DNA from: a virus
Virus record (IMG/VR): IMGVR_UViG_3300020439_000003
Span: 1 to 64,000 of that record
Strand: one strand, 5' to 3'
Length of the DNA stretch: 64,000 bases
The notes under the pieces were generated by a model. That model saw only the letters and a list, made by a program, of their open reading frames with translations, was not told where the DNA came from and ran no database searches. How positions within the stretch are numbered: position 1 is the first letter of the stretch; every line of letters begins with the position of its first letter. This document shows positions 43,264-52,251 of this stretch, one piece after another. Both the position numbers and the translations under genes were made by a program.

Positions 43264-46200
43264 TATTCAGGGAACATGTTATTAGTGTCGGTCGAGAAGT
43301 TAGAAATTGCATTATCTGCAATTTCTGCATCATAATCAAAGTCAGGGTCATATTCATATGTAAGATCACCAGAGAATTCAACATCACCAAGATCTTTGTA
43401 AGCTTGCTTCTGTTTCTTCAATAGTGCCTTATCACCTGGGTCATGAGAAGACAAGTGTACTCGTCTTTGTTTAACTGGTGGATTGGGATTGATAGCATCA
43501 ACCAGGTCACCAAAGGCACCACCGTCGCATTCTTGGAAGAATGGATTGCCCATTCCTTTGACTGCTTGACCATATGCAATAGATGCACCAGTTGACCAGT
43601 TCTTGATATTCATCGTACCGCTGTAAGGTCCCATTCTCATACCCAACTGAGTAAAGAGTTGTGGATCAACAGCAATACTAACATCATTGCAGTATTCTAA
43701 GCAAGATTGGTTGTTACCTGAACCACCCCAACCACTACCATAGGTGTTTTGGAAACTATATGTGCAAGTAGAGAACCCACAACTATACCCATTGTACAAT
43801 CTATTTACACCCCAATACCCAGATCCTGTTGTTTTGCCTTGTGTTTGGTTATTACCCGACCCAGAGACATAATATGCACTGTATACATCAAGTACACCAT
43901 TGCTGTTGCTGCCATGTCTGAGGTAAGTATCCCAACATTCGTTAGGTGGGACACCGCCAGATAGTCTATCTACCTCAATAACGTAGAAAGTCTGGTCTTG
44001 TGTAAGTTCACTATACGATGTACCTGCTGAATAGTCAGGATCACCTGGTTGTCCGTTGGCACCAACCGTAGTTGCAGGGATTGTCCACTGTACAGTCCTA
44101 GTATTGTAGTTAAGATTGTCTCCCAACCACAGTCCTAACTGCTCTGCTTCACTAAAATTGTTGTGTCCCCAGTCAAAAGTGTTTTCATCCAATCCAACAG
44201 GGACAAAAATGATGTCAGATCCGCCAGATGGGTCCCAATAACAGCGACCTTCAATGTTTTGGCGACTACATTTCCACATTTTACGCTTATCGCCGCCATT
44301 CATGACGGGTCTTGCCTTAGTCAGAGCGGGTCTGGGCAGTTTTTGGAGGAAATTCATGAAATCTGCACCTTGTGATCCCGTAGTTTTGCCTTGAACAGAC
44401 AAATTTACGCCAAAATGTGCGTTATCAGACTTTGATCCGCAGTATTTGTAGATAATCCAACCAAAATCACGACCAGTTTCCGAATCAGTGAACGGACAAG
44501 GGAGATCTTGGAGTCGAGTTACGTTGTAAAACCTCGGTTGAGGGATCATAACGCACGGATCTTGGTTGTTCCAACCAAAAACATGACTCAATGTGGTGGA
44601 AGCTTCGTCAGTTCTCTGAACACCTTCGACCATTTGGGGATATTGCTCCTCCATAACGCTCTTAAAGGCTTGGTTAGCACCAGTAATACCCCTCACAACC
44701 GATGGTGGGAACAACGCTTCCTCTAAAATGTTCGGAATTTTGATTTCAGTACAACCAGGGGGGATGTTCGAGCACAGTTTTGTACTCTCAACGTCGTCTG
44801 TTCCTGAGAATTTGATGTATCCAGTAGGATACGTTGCACTAAAACCCTCCATCATGGTCTCAAATGACCCCATGATACCCTCATCAAGGATTTTTAGGTT
44901 ACTTTCCTTAGCACCAGACTTCCTTCTAACCTCACCTTTGAGACCATCGATCTTTTCTGACCCCTTGTAAGGGGTTTCTTCTGTGGTACTTTCAGCATCA
45001 ACAGTAGTTTTGAGGCGTTTTTGCTGCTCCTTAGTGTTAGGACCACGCATTTTGTAGTCTTCCTTCTCAGTTTGGATGATCCAAACCCTAGGTTGACGGT
45101 TAGGATCCGTGTCATAACCCAATCCACGGTCCTTAATAAGGATCTCATCGATAGCACCATCGGCAGTAAGGGACACAACTTCGACTTTTGCTTGTCTAAA
45201 CTTACTTCTACGCCTATGTTCGGAGGACATTGTTCGCAATTCCTCCTTCTCAATGAAGACAGTTGCGATCTCCGACTCATCTTCATCTACATCAGTACCT
45301 GAAATAGTGATGTCTTTGTTATTATCACTGTATGGAACCTTACTTTTCCGCTCTTTGAAGTCAGCTTTCATGTCTTTGCTGACTGCTTTCTGGTTCCTTT
45401 GGATCTGTTTGAAGTTATAATTGAACTTTGTGCCGTCAGGGTTGTCCAATTTGTTGGTTGGAGAGCGCAAAGTAGTGCCTTCCCACCCATCTAGTTGCTC
45501 TAATTGCTGTCTAGCATGGTCATTTGCGCCTTTTGCAGACAACTGTGCGGGTTCTTCGATGACGATTGAGGGATTTATGTACCCTCTACCACCATTGATG
45601 ATAGAAATACTCTGGATTTCCCCATTCTTATTGACGATACACTCTACTTTTGCCTCATCAATCGACTGTTGGTTGACCAATGCGGTCTTATCGATCTCTA
45701 CTTTGTAGTATGTGATCTTCTTAGGGAACTCATATACACCAAAAAACCCTGCTCGGTCGGGAACTCCGTACCCAGCAAGCACATTTGCACTCTTTCCAAA
45801 GCGTCCAGGGGCAGTAATGACCTGATTTGTGGTAAATTTATCGCCACTTCCGCGCAGTTCCATGTAACCGCAACGTAATTTGTTACCAAAATACGCAACT
45901 TCGTTGATTTCCCACCCGTTGATAGTGTCTCCTGCCTCAAAACTATCACCATCGCGGGTTGTATAGCGGAACAAGATGCGTTTTGTGTCAGTATCTACGT
46001 TCTTAAATGATTCATAGATGCCTCCACCACTTCCATCAGTGAGTTCTAGACGTGTATTTGTCGTTTTCCAACTGTCTTCACGGATTTCATAGAAGTGAGA
46101 ATGATATTCCTGAGTAGGAGTGATCAGATTTTCATCACATACGCAAGTATTTCGCCCCGAACCATCACTCAATGAGACAGATTTGTTCGGACAACAGTTA

Positions 46201-47438
46201 CGATTAGACAGAGAATACTGGATGGAAAAGATCGGACCTTTCCATGGATATGAAGTATCGTAGATGTAATAACAGAACTGAGAATCAAATAGAGTATGGA
46301 ATTCTAGGTACTTTGGCACTGCTGCCTTGACAGCACCGTTCTTACCATAGATCCATTCAAAGTATGCATCAGTATTAGTATTAGGACATTTCTGTGGATC
46401 ACCCCAACCAAAGTCTGGGTGGTGGTGTACAGAAGGAGAACCCCAGTATCTGTAACCCCTACGTTGTACGGGATCGGGGTTTAGTGGTCCTGCATCAGCA
46501 TCATACTGATACTCATAGTTTTTATGAGTGTAGATACCTGATCCATCATAGTTCCAGTTATACCAACCTGCCCTTGTACCATATCCAACAGGTGATCCAT
46601 ATCCCACAGGTCCAATCAAACCTTGGTCACGAACGTTCTTACGGTTACCCTGTCCTAGGTCTTCTTTGAATACCCATCCAACAATACCAACATAACTGTA
46701 ATCCTGATCTCTGGGGTCCTTACAATCAGGCACACCCGAGACGCCAGTCTGCAAGTTTACTTCTTGCGTCGGGTCGGCGGTGTAAAAATGGTCCCTTTTT
46801 GCGTTGCTAGTTCCCCTGTAATACTCATACAGAGGTACAGCTGATTCATCAGCATCCGCGAAATCGTTTGCATGGCTTTGACTTGTGTAAATGTATCCAA
46901 CAATTCCTACCTGAACATATCCACTACCATAACTGCTCTGAGTGGATAGTACAGAGTCATTACGATCGTTCTCATAGTGATGATACAGAGGTTGTGTCTT
47001 ACTACCCTTATCACTACGAGCGATATAGAATGCAGGTCTTCCATTACGAGGTTCATGGTTATATCCCTTAGAGACATTACCACTCTCCCCTGGGAAGTCC
47101 TCAGGAAATCTTAATTCTTCTTTATTGGTGTACTTGTGGTCTCTATTACTGCTATCACCTGATCCGCGATAGTAGCGGTAGATGGGCATTCTCTCGTAGT
47201 CGCACTCACCTACACACTGCTGCTCTTGATCACCAATGTAGTATACCTTATCCTCACCAAAAATTGACGTACCAGGTCCTTCATCATTGAAGGTGATTTG
47301 ATAGTTCGTTCCTGGTCCGCTATGGTGGGCGTATGATTCATATTTACCGTAAGACGGGCGATCCCAATTCTTTTGGTATTCATTCCCCGAATCGATGTTC
47401 GGGAAAGATCGCCCTGTCTCACTGATAAAAATACTCAT
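43263..47438 (-). CDS. Large virion-associated protein with DUF5648-like repeats
   Basis: 1391 aa; N-terminal PIYRYY..DHKYT / PLYHHY / PLYEYY..DHFYT..Y.YVGIVGW repeats and GxGY baseplate repeats. Confidence 0.65.
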   Translation of the reverse strand: MSIFISETGRSFPNIDSGNEYQKNWDRPSYGKYESYAHHSGPGTNYQITFNDEGPGTSIFGEDKVYYIGDQEQQCVGECDYERMPIYRYYRGSGDSSNRDHKYTNKEELRFPEDFPGESGNVSKGYNHEPRNGRPAFYIARSDKGSKTQPLYHHYENDRNDSVLSTQSSYGSGYVQVGIVGYIYTSQSHANDFADADESAVPLYEYYRGTSNAKRDHFYTADPTQEVNLQTGVSGVPDCKDPRDQDYSYVGIVGWVFKEDLGQGNRKNVRDQGLIGPVGYGSPVGYGTRAGWYNWNYDGSGIYTHKNYEYQYDADAGPLNPDPVQRRGYRYWGSPSVHHHPDFGWGDPQKCPNTNTDAYFEWIYGKNGAVKAAVPKYLEFHTLFDSQFCYYIYDTSYPWKGPIFSIQYSLSNRNCCPNKSVSLSDGSGRNTCVCDENLITPTQEYHSHFYEIREDSWKTTNTRLELTDGSGGGIYESFKNVDTDTKRILFRYTTRDGDSFEAGDTINGWEINEVAYFGNKLRCGYMELRGSGDKFTTNQVITAPGRFGKSANVLAGYGVPDRAGFFGVYEFPKKITYYKVEIDKTALVNQQSIDEAKVECIVNKNGEIQSISIINGGRGYINPSIVIEEPAQLSAKGANDHARQQLEQLDGWEGTTLRSPTNKLDNPDGTKFNYNFKQIQRNQKAVSKDMKADFKERKSKVPYSDNNKDITISGTDVDEDESEIATVFIEKEELRTMSSEHRRRSKFRQAKVEVVSLTADGAIDEILIKDRGLGYDTDPNRQPRVWIIQTEKEDYKMRGPNTKEQQKRLKTTVDAESTTEETPYKGSEKIDGLKGEVRRKSGAKESNLKILDEGIMGSFETMMEGFSATYPTGYIKFSGTDDVESTKLCSNIPPGCTEIKIPNILEEALFPPSVVRGITGANQAFKSVMEEQYPQMVEGVQRTDEASTTLSHVFGWNNQDPCVMIPQPRFYNVTRLQDLPCPFTDSETGRDFGWIIYKYCGSKSDNAHFGVNLSVQGKTTGSQGADFMNFLQKLPRPALTKARPVMNGGDKRKMWKCSRQNIEGRCYWDPSGGSDIIFVPVGLDENTFDWGHNNFSEAEQLGLWLGDNLNYNTRTVQWTIPATTVGANGQPGDPDYSAGTSYSELTQDQTFYVIEVDRLSGGVPPNECWDTYLRHGSNSNGVLDVYSAYYVSGSGNNQTQGKTTGSGYWGVNRLYNGYSCGFSTCTYSFQNTYGSGWGGSGNNQSCLEYCNDVSIAVDPQLFTQLGMRMGPYSGTMNIKNWSTGASIAYGQAVKGMGNPFFQECDGGAFGDLVDAINPNPPVKQRRVHLSSHDPGDKALLKKQKQAYKDLGDVEFSGDLTYEYDPDFDYDAEIADNAISNFSTDTNNMFPE

Positions 47439-47686
47439 TAGGGTTCTAAGACTTTGATGCGCTCTTCCAACATATTTAGACGCACATACAGGTCATCTAG
47501 TAGTTCCCGCATATTGAGATAGTCTTCATACCCCTCTGGTTTATATTTAATCATCTCTGCGCCAGGAGGAGGGATTTTTGCAAGGACCCCTTCTACCGTA
47601 GCAATACGAGTCGCAAGATTCTCTAATCCCTTAGAGATCATCTTAATATGCTCAACGTACGACTCTTCAAATGTTTTCTCAGACAT
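47438..47686 (-). CDS. Hypothetical protein
   Basis: 82 aa, stop overlaps the next ATG; coiled-coil character. Confidence 0.75.
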   Translation of the reverse strand: MSEKTFEESYVEHIKMISKGLENLATRIATVEGVLAKIPPPGAEMIKYKPEGYEDYLNMRELLDDLYVRLNMLEERIKVLEP

Positions 47687-47706
47687 AATAAGGTTGAACG
47701 CGGTTT

Positions 47707-47907
47707 TTACGGTTTTTCTGTACCCTCGGATTTTTTTAGAACGACAGACCCATCAGTCTCTTCGCTCCACTCTAACTCAGTCCCCTCATACCATCCAAGA
47801 TCTTCCATCAATTCAGCAGGCAGAGTAATAGACATATCTCCGAAGTCGTCTACCTCCACAGGTAGCGTAAATCTTTTGCTCATAGCACATATAGTGGCTA
47901 GTGTCAT
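47707..47907 (-). CDS. AbrB/MazE-type DNA-binding protein
   Basis: VDDFGDMSITLPAELMEDLGWYEGTELEW...DGSVVLKK is the swapped-hairpin signature. The likely start is MSKRF at 47883. Confidence 0.75.
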   Translation of the reverse strand: MTLATICAMSKRFTLPVEVDDFGDMSITLPAELMEDLGWYEGTELEWSEETDGSVVLKKSEGTEKP

Positions 47908-47909
47908 TT

Positions 47910-48428
47910 TTATATAGGAGCAGGATAATTTACAGCGTGTGGAGAACGTAACACTAACTCTGTCATTCTATGATAGAAAGAGTGTATAGTCAAGTCTACA
48001 ATCTTGCTTGGATCCAACCATGCATGATGTAGCATATATCCATGTCCCAGGTAAATACCGCTATGATTGCATAATCTATCCTGCTTGCTGGAATAACCCC
48101 CTTCTAGGCGCTCTAAGTGCAGTCTCATGACCATCATGTCACCATACTGTAAGTCTGAGAAAGGTGGGGGATCACTATCACATGTACCTGTATAGACATG
48201 AATGACTCCATCCTCTAATCGCTCTGCCTGATCCTCAATAAACGATGGGTCAAACAATGCCCGCCGATGTAACTTCGGATAGTCTCTGAGTGTTAGATTA
48301 AACTTCTTCTGATAAAACTCCATGCAGATGCCATAACAGTCACCTACCTTCATCTTATCTTTATACCATGGACGACCTACCCATTCGCCCCAGACCTCAT
48401 TCATTTCATCTAAGGTAGGTCTAGACAT
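47910..48428 (-). CDS. NlpC/P60-family peptidase
   Basis: WVGRPW...GDCYG (catalytic Cys), GDMMVM and NHSGIYLGHGYMLHH. Confidence 0.75.
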   Translation of the reverse strand: MSRPTLDEMNEVWGEWVGRPWYKDKMKVGDCYGICMEFYQKKFNLTLRDYPKLHRRALFDPSFIEDQAERLEDGVIHVYTGTCDSDPPPFSDLQYGDMMVMRLHLERLEGGYSSKQDRLCNHSGIYLGHGYMLHHAWLDPSKIVDLTIHSFYHRMTELVLRSPHAVNYPAPI

Positions 48429-48867
48429 TCTTCTTGCCTACAATCGTAGTGCCAACATGTTTCATATGAGGTGTAACAGTTTTATTCCTTTTCCTACCCT
48501 TAGTTCTATCCTTCTCTTCCCTCGTCTTTTCCTTATGACAGTCAACACATAACAACTGACATTTACTTAATTCCTCCATAATACTATCATGCCTCCTTAA
48601 CCACATACTACTGGTTCTTAATGTCTTATCCTCTGGACGCTTATGATCGATTTCCAGATTCTCTGTGGTGCCACACTTCACACACTTACCACCCATCACA
48701 CCAACATAGTACGCTCTATTCTCTCTCATCTTAATCTTATTGCGTTCTCGGTAATAATCCTTATGGCATTGCTTACAGTGACCTAAATGTCCGTCCCTGG
48801 TGCAACTGTAATACTCTGTGAGTGGTTTGGTCTTGTGACACCATTTACATGTTTTCTCTTGGGTCAT
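48421..48867 (-). CDS. HNH endonuclease with N-terminal Zn finger
   Basis: CKWC...CKQC, followed by GGKCVKCGTTENLEIDH...CQLLCVDCHKEKT. Confidence 0.85.
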   Translation of the reverse strand: MTQEKTCKWCHKTKPLTEYYSCTRDGHLGHCKQCHKDYYRERNKIKMRENRAYYVGVMGGKCVKCGTTENLEIDHKRPEDKTLRTSSMWLRRHDSIMEELSKCQLLCVDCHKEKTREEKDRTKGRKRNKTVTPHMKHVGTTIVGKKNV

Positions 48868-49086
48868 GGGGGTCTTTCGTGAATATGATACGTAGAGTCT
48901 CTACGAGACAATCCCAGATATATGCAAGCTCGACCCTGAGGGTGATCTTACTACCTGGGAAATTTTTTGTGGATGGGGTTTGCGAATTCATGAATAATAT
49001 ATCGACCGCTCTGGGATACTGTTATAGCTTAGAAAGAAGGTACTTTCTTAATAACCGCCCACGGCGGGGTCAACGAAGGGGACAAA

Positions 49087-49281
49087 TTAACTGTCCCCAG
49101 TGACTACTTCATAACAGAATCCTTCTAAGATCATGTACTCACACCACTGTGTATATTGGTGGAGTTGTTGATACAGATCTGTGTCAATTAGGAACTGCGC
49201 TAACTCTATCTGTTCATCGGGTGGGAGTGATCCAGAGTCATAAAGATCGAGGAGAACTTCATACTTAGTCGGGATGTTCAT
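49087..49281 (-). CDS. Hypothetical protein
   Basis: 64 aa, ATGA-coupled to the upstream small ORF. Confidence 0.7.
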   Translation of the reverse strand: MNIPTKYEVLLDLYDSGSLPPDEQIELAQFLIDTDLYQQLHQYTQWCEYMILEGFCYEVVTGDS

Positions 49282-49445
49282 TGTGTTGAATAGTTGAGTG
49301 AATCTTTCAGTGCTTGTTGATAAGAACTAAATGGTCCATACTTAGGACAGTTGTCGTAATCGTATCGCCAAAAGTGTTTACGTCTGTCCTCCCATATTCT
49401 AACACAAACTGGGGGAGATGTGTCAAGTTGTATGGATTTACTCAT
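49278..49445 (-). CDS. Small hypothetical protein (55 aa), not in ORF track
   Basis: MSKSIQLDTSPPVCVRIWEDRRKHFWRYDYDNCPKYGPFSSYQQALKDSLNYSTQ*; ATGA overlaps at both ends. Confidence 0.65.
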   Translation of the reverse strand: MSKSIQLDTSPPVCVRIWEDRRKHFWRYDYDNCPKYGPFSSYQQALKDSLNYSTQ

Positions 49446-49573
49446 GTGCAATCGCCGATGGATTCTTCTTCAATAGTCTCGTAATACATGTCCTCATAAG
49501 TTAGACCATCGTCCTCATCATCTGGTTCATCGAGGATGTCGTCAATCCAGTCAAATTGGGCAAATTCATTCAT
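49442..49573 (-). CDS. Very acidic 43-aa peptide, not in ORF track
   Basis: MNEFAQFDWIDDILDEPDDEDDGLTYEDMYYETIEEESIGDCT*; overlaps both neighbours in operon fashion. Confidence 0.6.
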   Translation of the reverse strand: MNEFAQFDWIDDILDEPDDEDDGLTYEDMYYETIEEESIGDCT

Positions 49574-49742
49574 AGTCAGTCTGGTCTAATCGTTGGTTCT
49601 TTTGTGTGTACTTAGTGTTGTAGTCTGTGGAAAACTCATCATCATAGTTGGATGATTTCTTGGGGTTAAACTGTCGCTTTTCTCGGATAGATTTGGGGCG
49701 TCTGCTGTTATGCAGATCATTGCGTTTGTATGTCCGACCCAT
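49566..49742 (-). CDS. Small protein (58 aa) with basic N-terminus, not in ORF track
   Basis: MGRTYKRNDLHNSRRPKSIREKRQFNPKK...DYE*; first ORF after the sigma70 promoter at 49783-49811. Confidence 0.65.
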   Translation of the reverse strand: MGRTYKRNDLHNSRRPKSIREKRQFNPKKSSNYDDEFSTDYNTKYTQKNQRLDQTDYE

Positions 49743-49782
49743 GGGAATTGCTCAGGTTGTGTTAACTGTGTAGAACTCTGTT

Positions 49783-49811
49783 AATGTAATCGATCTGGGC
49801 GAAACTGTCAA
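49783..49811 (-). promoter_or_regulatory. sigma70-type promoter TTGACA-N17-TACATT
   Basis: Perfect -35 box and 17-bp spacer, upstream of a four-ORF operon. Confidence 0.75.
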
Positions 49812-49847
49812 GTGTTACTGACAGTGAAAAATGTGTCCTCTATGTGT

Positions 49848-49876
49848 TTGACAAGGTGGGCGTGATAGGTTACACT
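49848..49876 (+). promoter_or_regulatory. Divergent sigma70-type promoter TTGACA-N17-TACACT
   Basis: Perfect -35 box and 17-bp spacer; no convincing plus-strand ORF downstream. Confidence 0.55.
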
Positions 49877-50061
49877 CCAAGGTGACAACAAATGTGCTAT
49901 TTATTGAACTAAATGGAACACACATTTATATTTAATTGTATATTTAATTATTCCACAGATTTGGGTGTTATCTGTGGAAAACTCATGTGTGAGTTACTGT
50001 GAAGTAACTGGGGAAATACTCGGGAGACGCTGATGCGTAAGGGAAGTGAGTATTTCTTACA

Positions 50062-50691
50062 TCATACGGGAATAACATTGAAAGTCAATGTAATTCTATT
50101 CTCTGATGGGTTAGACTCATAACCATGTGTAAGATTAGATGGATAGATGAGACAATCTCCCTGAGAGTAAGGAACAGTTGCTTCTTGAAGATTGAATGCT
50201 GTCATTTGTTCAAACGGGAGCATCATTACAGGATACATTGCACTAACTACATTTCGTTTGAATTTAAGATAGGAGTGCGATTGATCGTTGTAGGAGATAA
50301 AGAACGTGCCTGAAAAAAGACAGTTTGAATGTTCATGAGGTGCATAGATTGCACCTTGGTGTGCTACTTCTAGGTAGCAATCTGAGATCTCAAAGTTTGA
50401 AGCATAGCACAATCCTGATTCATTGTGTTTTCTTACTGCTTCAAGTAGTGTTGATTTAAGGGCGGGAAGATCTGCGAGAATTTGATTCGTTTCGCCAATC
50501 TGTTGGACATTGTGACATAAAACCTGACGTTCTTTAATGTCTACAAAGTCTTGATTTCTTGCCCATTTCAGAACATCATCAACATGATCTTTCATCTTAT
50601 ACTTTGTAACTGGGGTCATGAAAAGACCGTAAGTTTCAAAGTCGATTGCCTCATTAAGATTAGAGGACAGATTAACAGGTTGCTGAGTCAT
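50062..50691 (-). CDS. 2OG-Fe(II) oxygenase, TIGR02466-like
   Basis: LFMTPV, PHEHSNCLFSG, LIYPSNLTH and RITLTFN. Confidence 0.85.
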   Translation of the reverse strand: MTQQPVNLSSNLNEAIDFETYGLFMTPVTKYKMKDHVDDVLKWARNQDFVDIKERQVLCHNVQQIGETNQILADLPALKSTLLEAVRKHNESGLCYASNFEISDCYLEVAHQGAIYAPHEHSNCLFSGTFFISYNDQSHSYLKFKRNVVSAMYPVMMLPFEQMTAFNLQEATVPYSQGDCLIYPSNLTHGYESNPSENRITLTFNVIPV

Positions 50692-50828
50692 TTTAATTGA
50701 ATGATGTAATCAATGCTGTACTATGTAGTATAACATGAAATGGGGGCATTGTAGGCGCTTGTAGGTGTCACTGAGAGCGTCAATCGTATTGTGTAGGATA
50801 GAGGGGAAATAGTTCTGACCAGTGATAA

Positions 50829-50984
50829 TTAACCGACGAACGCTGATTGTGTTGAATTCGTGGTGTAGGGGATGTCAAAATCTTCTCCGAACATTTCATA
50901 GTAGAATTGCGAGAAGATTGCGAAGTCGTCAGTTGCATTGTTGTTCCAGACTTTAAGGATTTCGTTGTAAGTTTGCTCAGTCAT
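50829..50984 (-). CDS. Small hypothetical protein (51 aa), not in ORF track
   Basis: MTEQTYNEILKVWNNNATDDFAIFSQFYYEMFGEDFDIPYTTNSTQSAFVG*. Confidence 0.55.
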   Translation of the reverse strand: MTEQTYNEILKVWNNNATDDFAIFSQFYYEMFGEDFDIPYTTNSTQSAFVG

Positions 50985-51020
50985 AACGTTTGAGTAAGAT
51001 GAATTGAAGAATGGAAATAA

Positions 51021-51344
51021 TCATGCGAAAGTGTAACCGTTGACGAAATCATGGGTGACGTTGTTGTCACGAACGAACCACTCAAAGTTCTTTTGAAAAA
51101 CACCATCAGTGACGCCATTGCAGAAGCGGTTGATGATAGCATTGAGGCGAGATTTGGTGGTGTTAGTCTGCCAACCGCCATCAAATACGCGGAGGAAGTC
51201 ATCACCGACTTCTGCAATTTTGTTGCCGTGAAGACGAACAACGGAAATGTTCTCTTCTTCGTTGAAGTGAACTGTGGTGTTGCCTGATGTCCAGTTTTTG
51301 GAATTAGCGATGGCGGTGTTCATTGCCTGCTCGATTTTACGCAT
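51021..51344 (-). CDS. Early hypothetical protein
   Basis: MRKIEQAMNTAI...VRLHGNKIA...GGWQTNTTKSRLNA; first gene after promoter motif copy 1. Confidence 0.8.
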   Translation of the reverse strand: MRKIEQAMNTAIANSKNWTSGNTTVHFNEEENISVVRLHGNKIAEVGDDFLRVFDGGWQTNTTKSRLNAIINRFCNGVTDGVFQKNFEWFVRDNNVTHDFVNGYTFA

Positions 51345-51370
51345 TTTTGTGTGAATTTCTTTGACTCTTT

Positions 51371-51430
51371 AATAATACACGATTTTGGGTGCTTAGCACC
51401 ATGTTGTGTGCCGCTTATTTGATTGGCACA
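51371..51430 (-). promoter_or_regulatory. Early promoter motif copy 1 (inverted repeat + TGTATTAT -10)
   Basis: GTGCCAAT-CAAATA-AGCGGCAC ... CGTGTATTATTAAAGAG. Confidence 0.75.
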
Positions 51431-51669
51431 GGTTCGCACTCGTATCTGATGTTATTCGGATAGGTTTTTCGTGCCCAATTAAGTACACGATTGTTCTGTG
51501 CTTTAATGCCCTTAGATGTCTTCGGAGTTGTGGGCATTGTCTTCGTCACTTGCATCATTGTGAACTGGTCGTACATCCGAACCAGATACATTTGCGCGGT
51601 CGTTTTCATTGTAAGAATCGGTGAATGAGTTCCAAAAATCCTCCCAATCTTTCGGGGAGTTAGTGACAT
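51415..51669 (-). CDS. Hypothetical protein (likely start MKTTAQ near 51610)
   Basis: ORF track; the stop codon falls inside motif copy 1. Confidence 0.6.
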   Translation of the reverse strand: MSLTPRKIGRIFGTHSPILTMKTTAQMYLVRMYDQFTMMQVTKTMPTTPKTSKGIKAQNNRVLNWARKTYPNNIRYECEPVPIK

Positions 51670-51680
51670 CGACGATGTTC

Positions 51681-51914
51681 TTATTGTCCATTGAGAAAGT
51701 CATGCAATGCTTCATCGTATTCTGCTTGGGTTTGATACACTCTCCCGTGAATGTTGAGGGGGAAAGTCTTATCAACTCCTGCTGCTGCTACTGTCTCACA
51801 GTCAGCACGATCGTAACCCATTTCAATGAGATTTTCGACGTAAGGATTAGTCACTGGTTTGTAGATAGAAAGGTTTGCTAATTCTTGGTTGAGATTGTTG
51901 AAAATGTCTTGCAT
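51681..51914 (-). CDS. Hypothetical protein
   Basis: 77 aa; start overlaps the upstream stop. Confidence 0.7.
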   Translation of the reverse strand: MQDIFNNLNQELANLSIYKPVTNPYVENLIEMGYDRADCETVAAAGVDKTFPLNIHGRVYQTQAEYDEALHDFLNGQ

Positions 51915-52150
51915 TATACGATTTGAAATGTGTTGAGGTCGTTGCGATTGTCACATGCTTCCCATGCATTATAGAAAGAATCCCATGCGACTTCGTTATC
52001 AACAAACGAGGAAATATCCAGTTGCTCACATACCCAATCATATGCCATATCGATGTCTGCATTTGTATCATTCACAAATGCTTCGAGTTGAGTGATAACA
52101 TCGTTCCATGCTTCGATGTCATTGAAAGGGGAGAAGATTGGCGTTGCCAT
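51914..52150 (-). CDS. Acidic hypothetical protein (start MATPIF)
   Basis: The ATG at 52150 lies just after promoter motif copy 2. The longer ORF-track start would run through the promoter. Confidence 0.7.
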   Translation of the reverse strand: MATPIFSPFNDIEAWNDVITQLEAFVNDTNADIDMAYDWVCEQLDISSFVDNEVAWDSFYNAWEACDNRNDLNTFQIV

Positions 52151-52172
52151 GTCGTTTCGTTTGATTGATCTT

Positions 52173-52251
52173 AGTATTGCAGATCTCAGCGCCTGCGGTA
52201 GTTCACGGTGATACAAAACCGTGAAATTGGGTCCAGTTAGATGACTGGCAC
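52173..52251 (-). promoter_or_regulatory. Early promoter motif copy 2
   Basis: GTGCCAGT-CATCTA-ACTGGACC ... TGCAATACT, with an extra inverted repeat TTCACGGT-N8-ACCGTGAA at 52202-52225. Confidence 0.65.

Noticed and set aside
47707-48428. Toxin-antitoxin pair around the AbrB/MazE-like gene
   Set aside because: The neighbours are an NlpC/P60 protein and a coiled-coil hypothetical protein, with no MazF/VapC-like toxin.
48421-48867. Group I intron around the HNH gene
   Set aside because: The flanking genes appear intact and no interrupted host gene or intron core could be recognised; treated as a free-standing HNH.
49396-49426. TTGACA...TAGAAT promoter inside the 49278-49445 ORF
   Set aside because: The spacer is 19 bp and the site is intragenic, so support is too weak.
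51512-51775. Alternative-frame 87-aa ORF
   Set aside because: It overlaps two better-supported ORFs. A short product starting near 51691 cannot be excluded but is unsupported.
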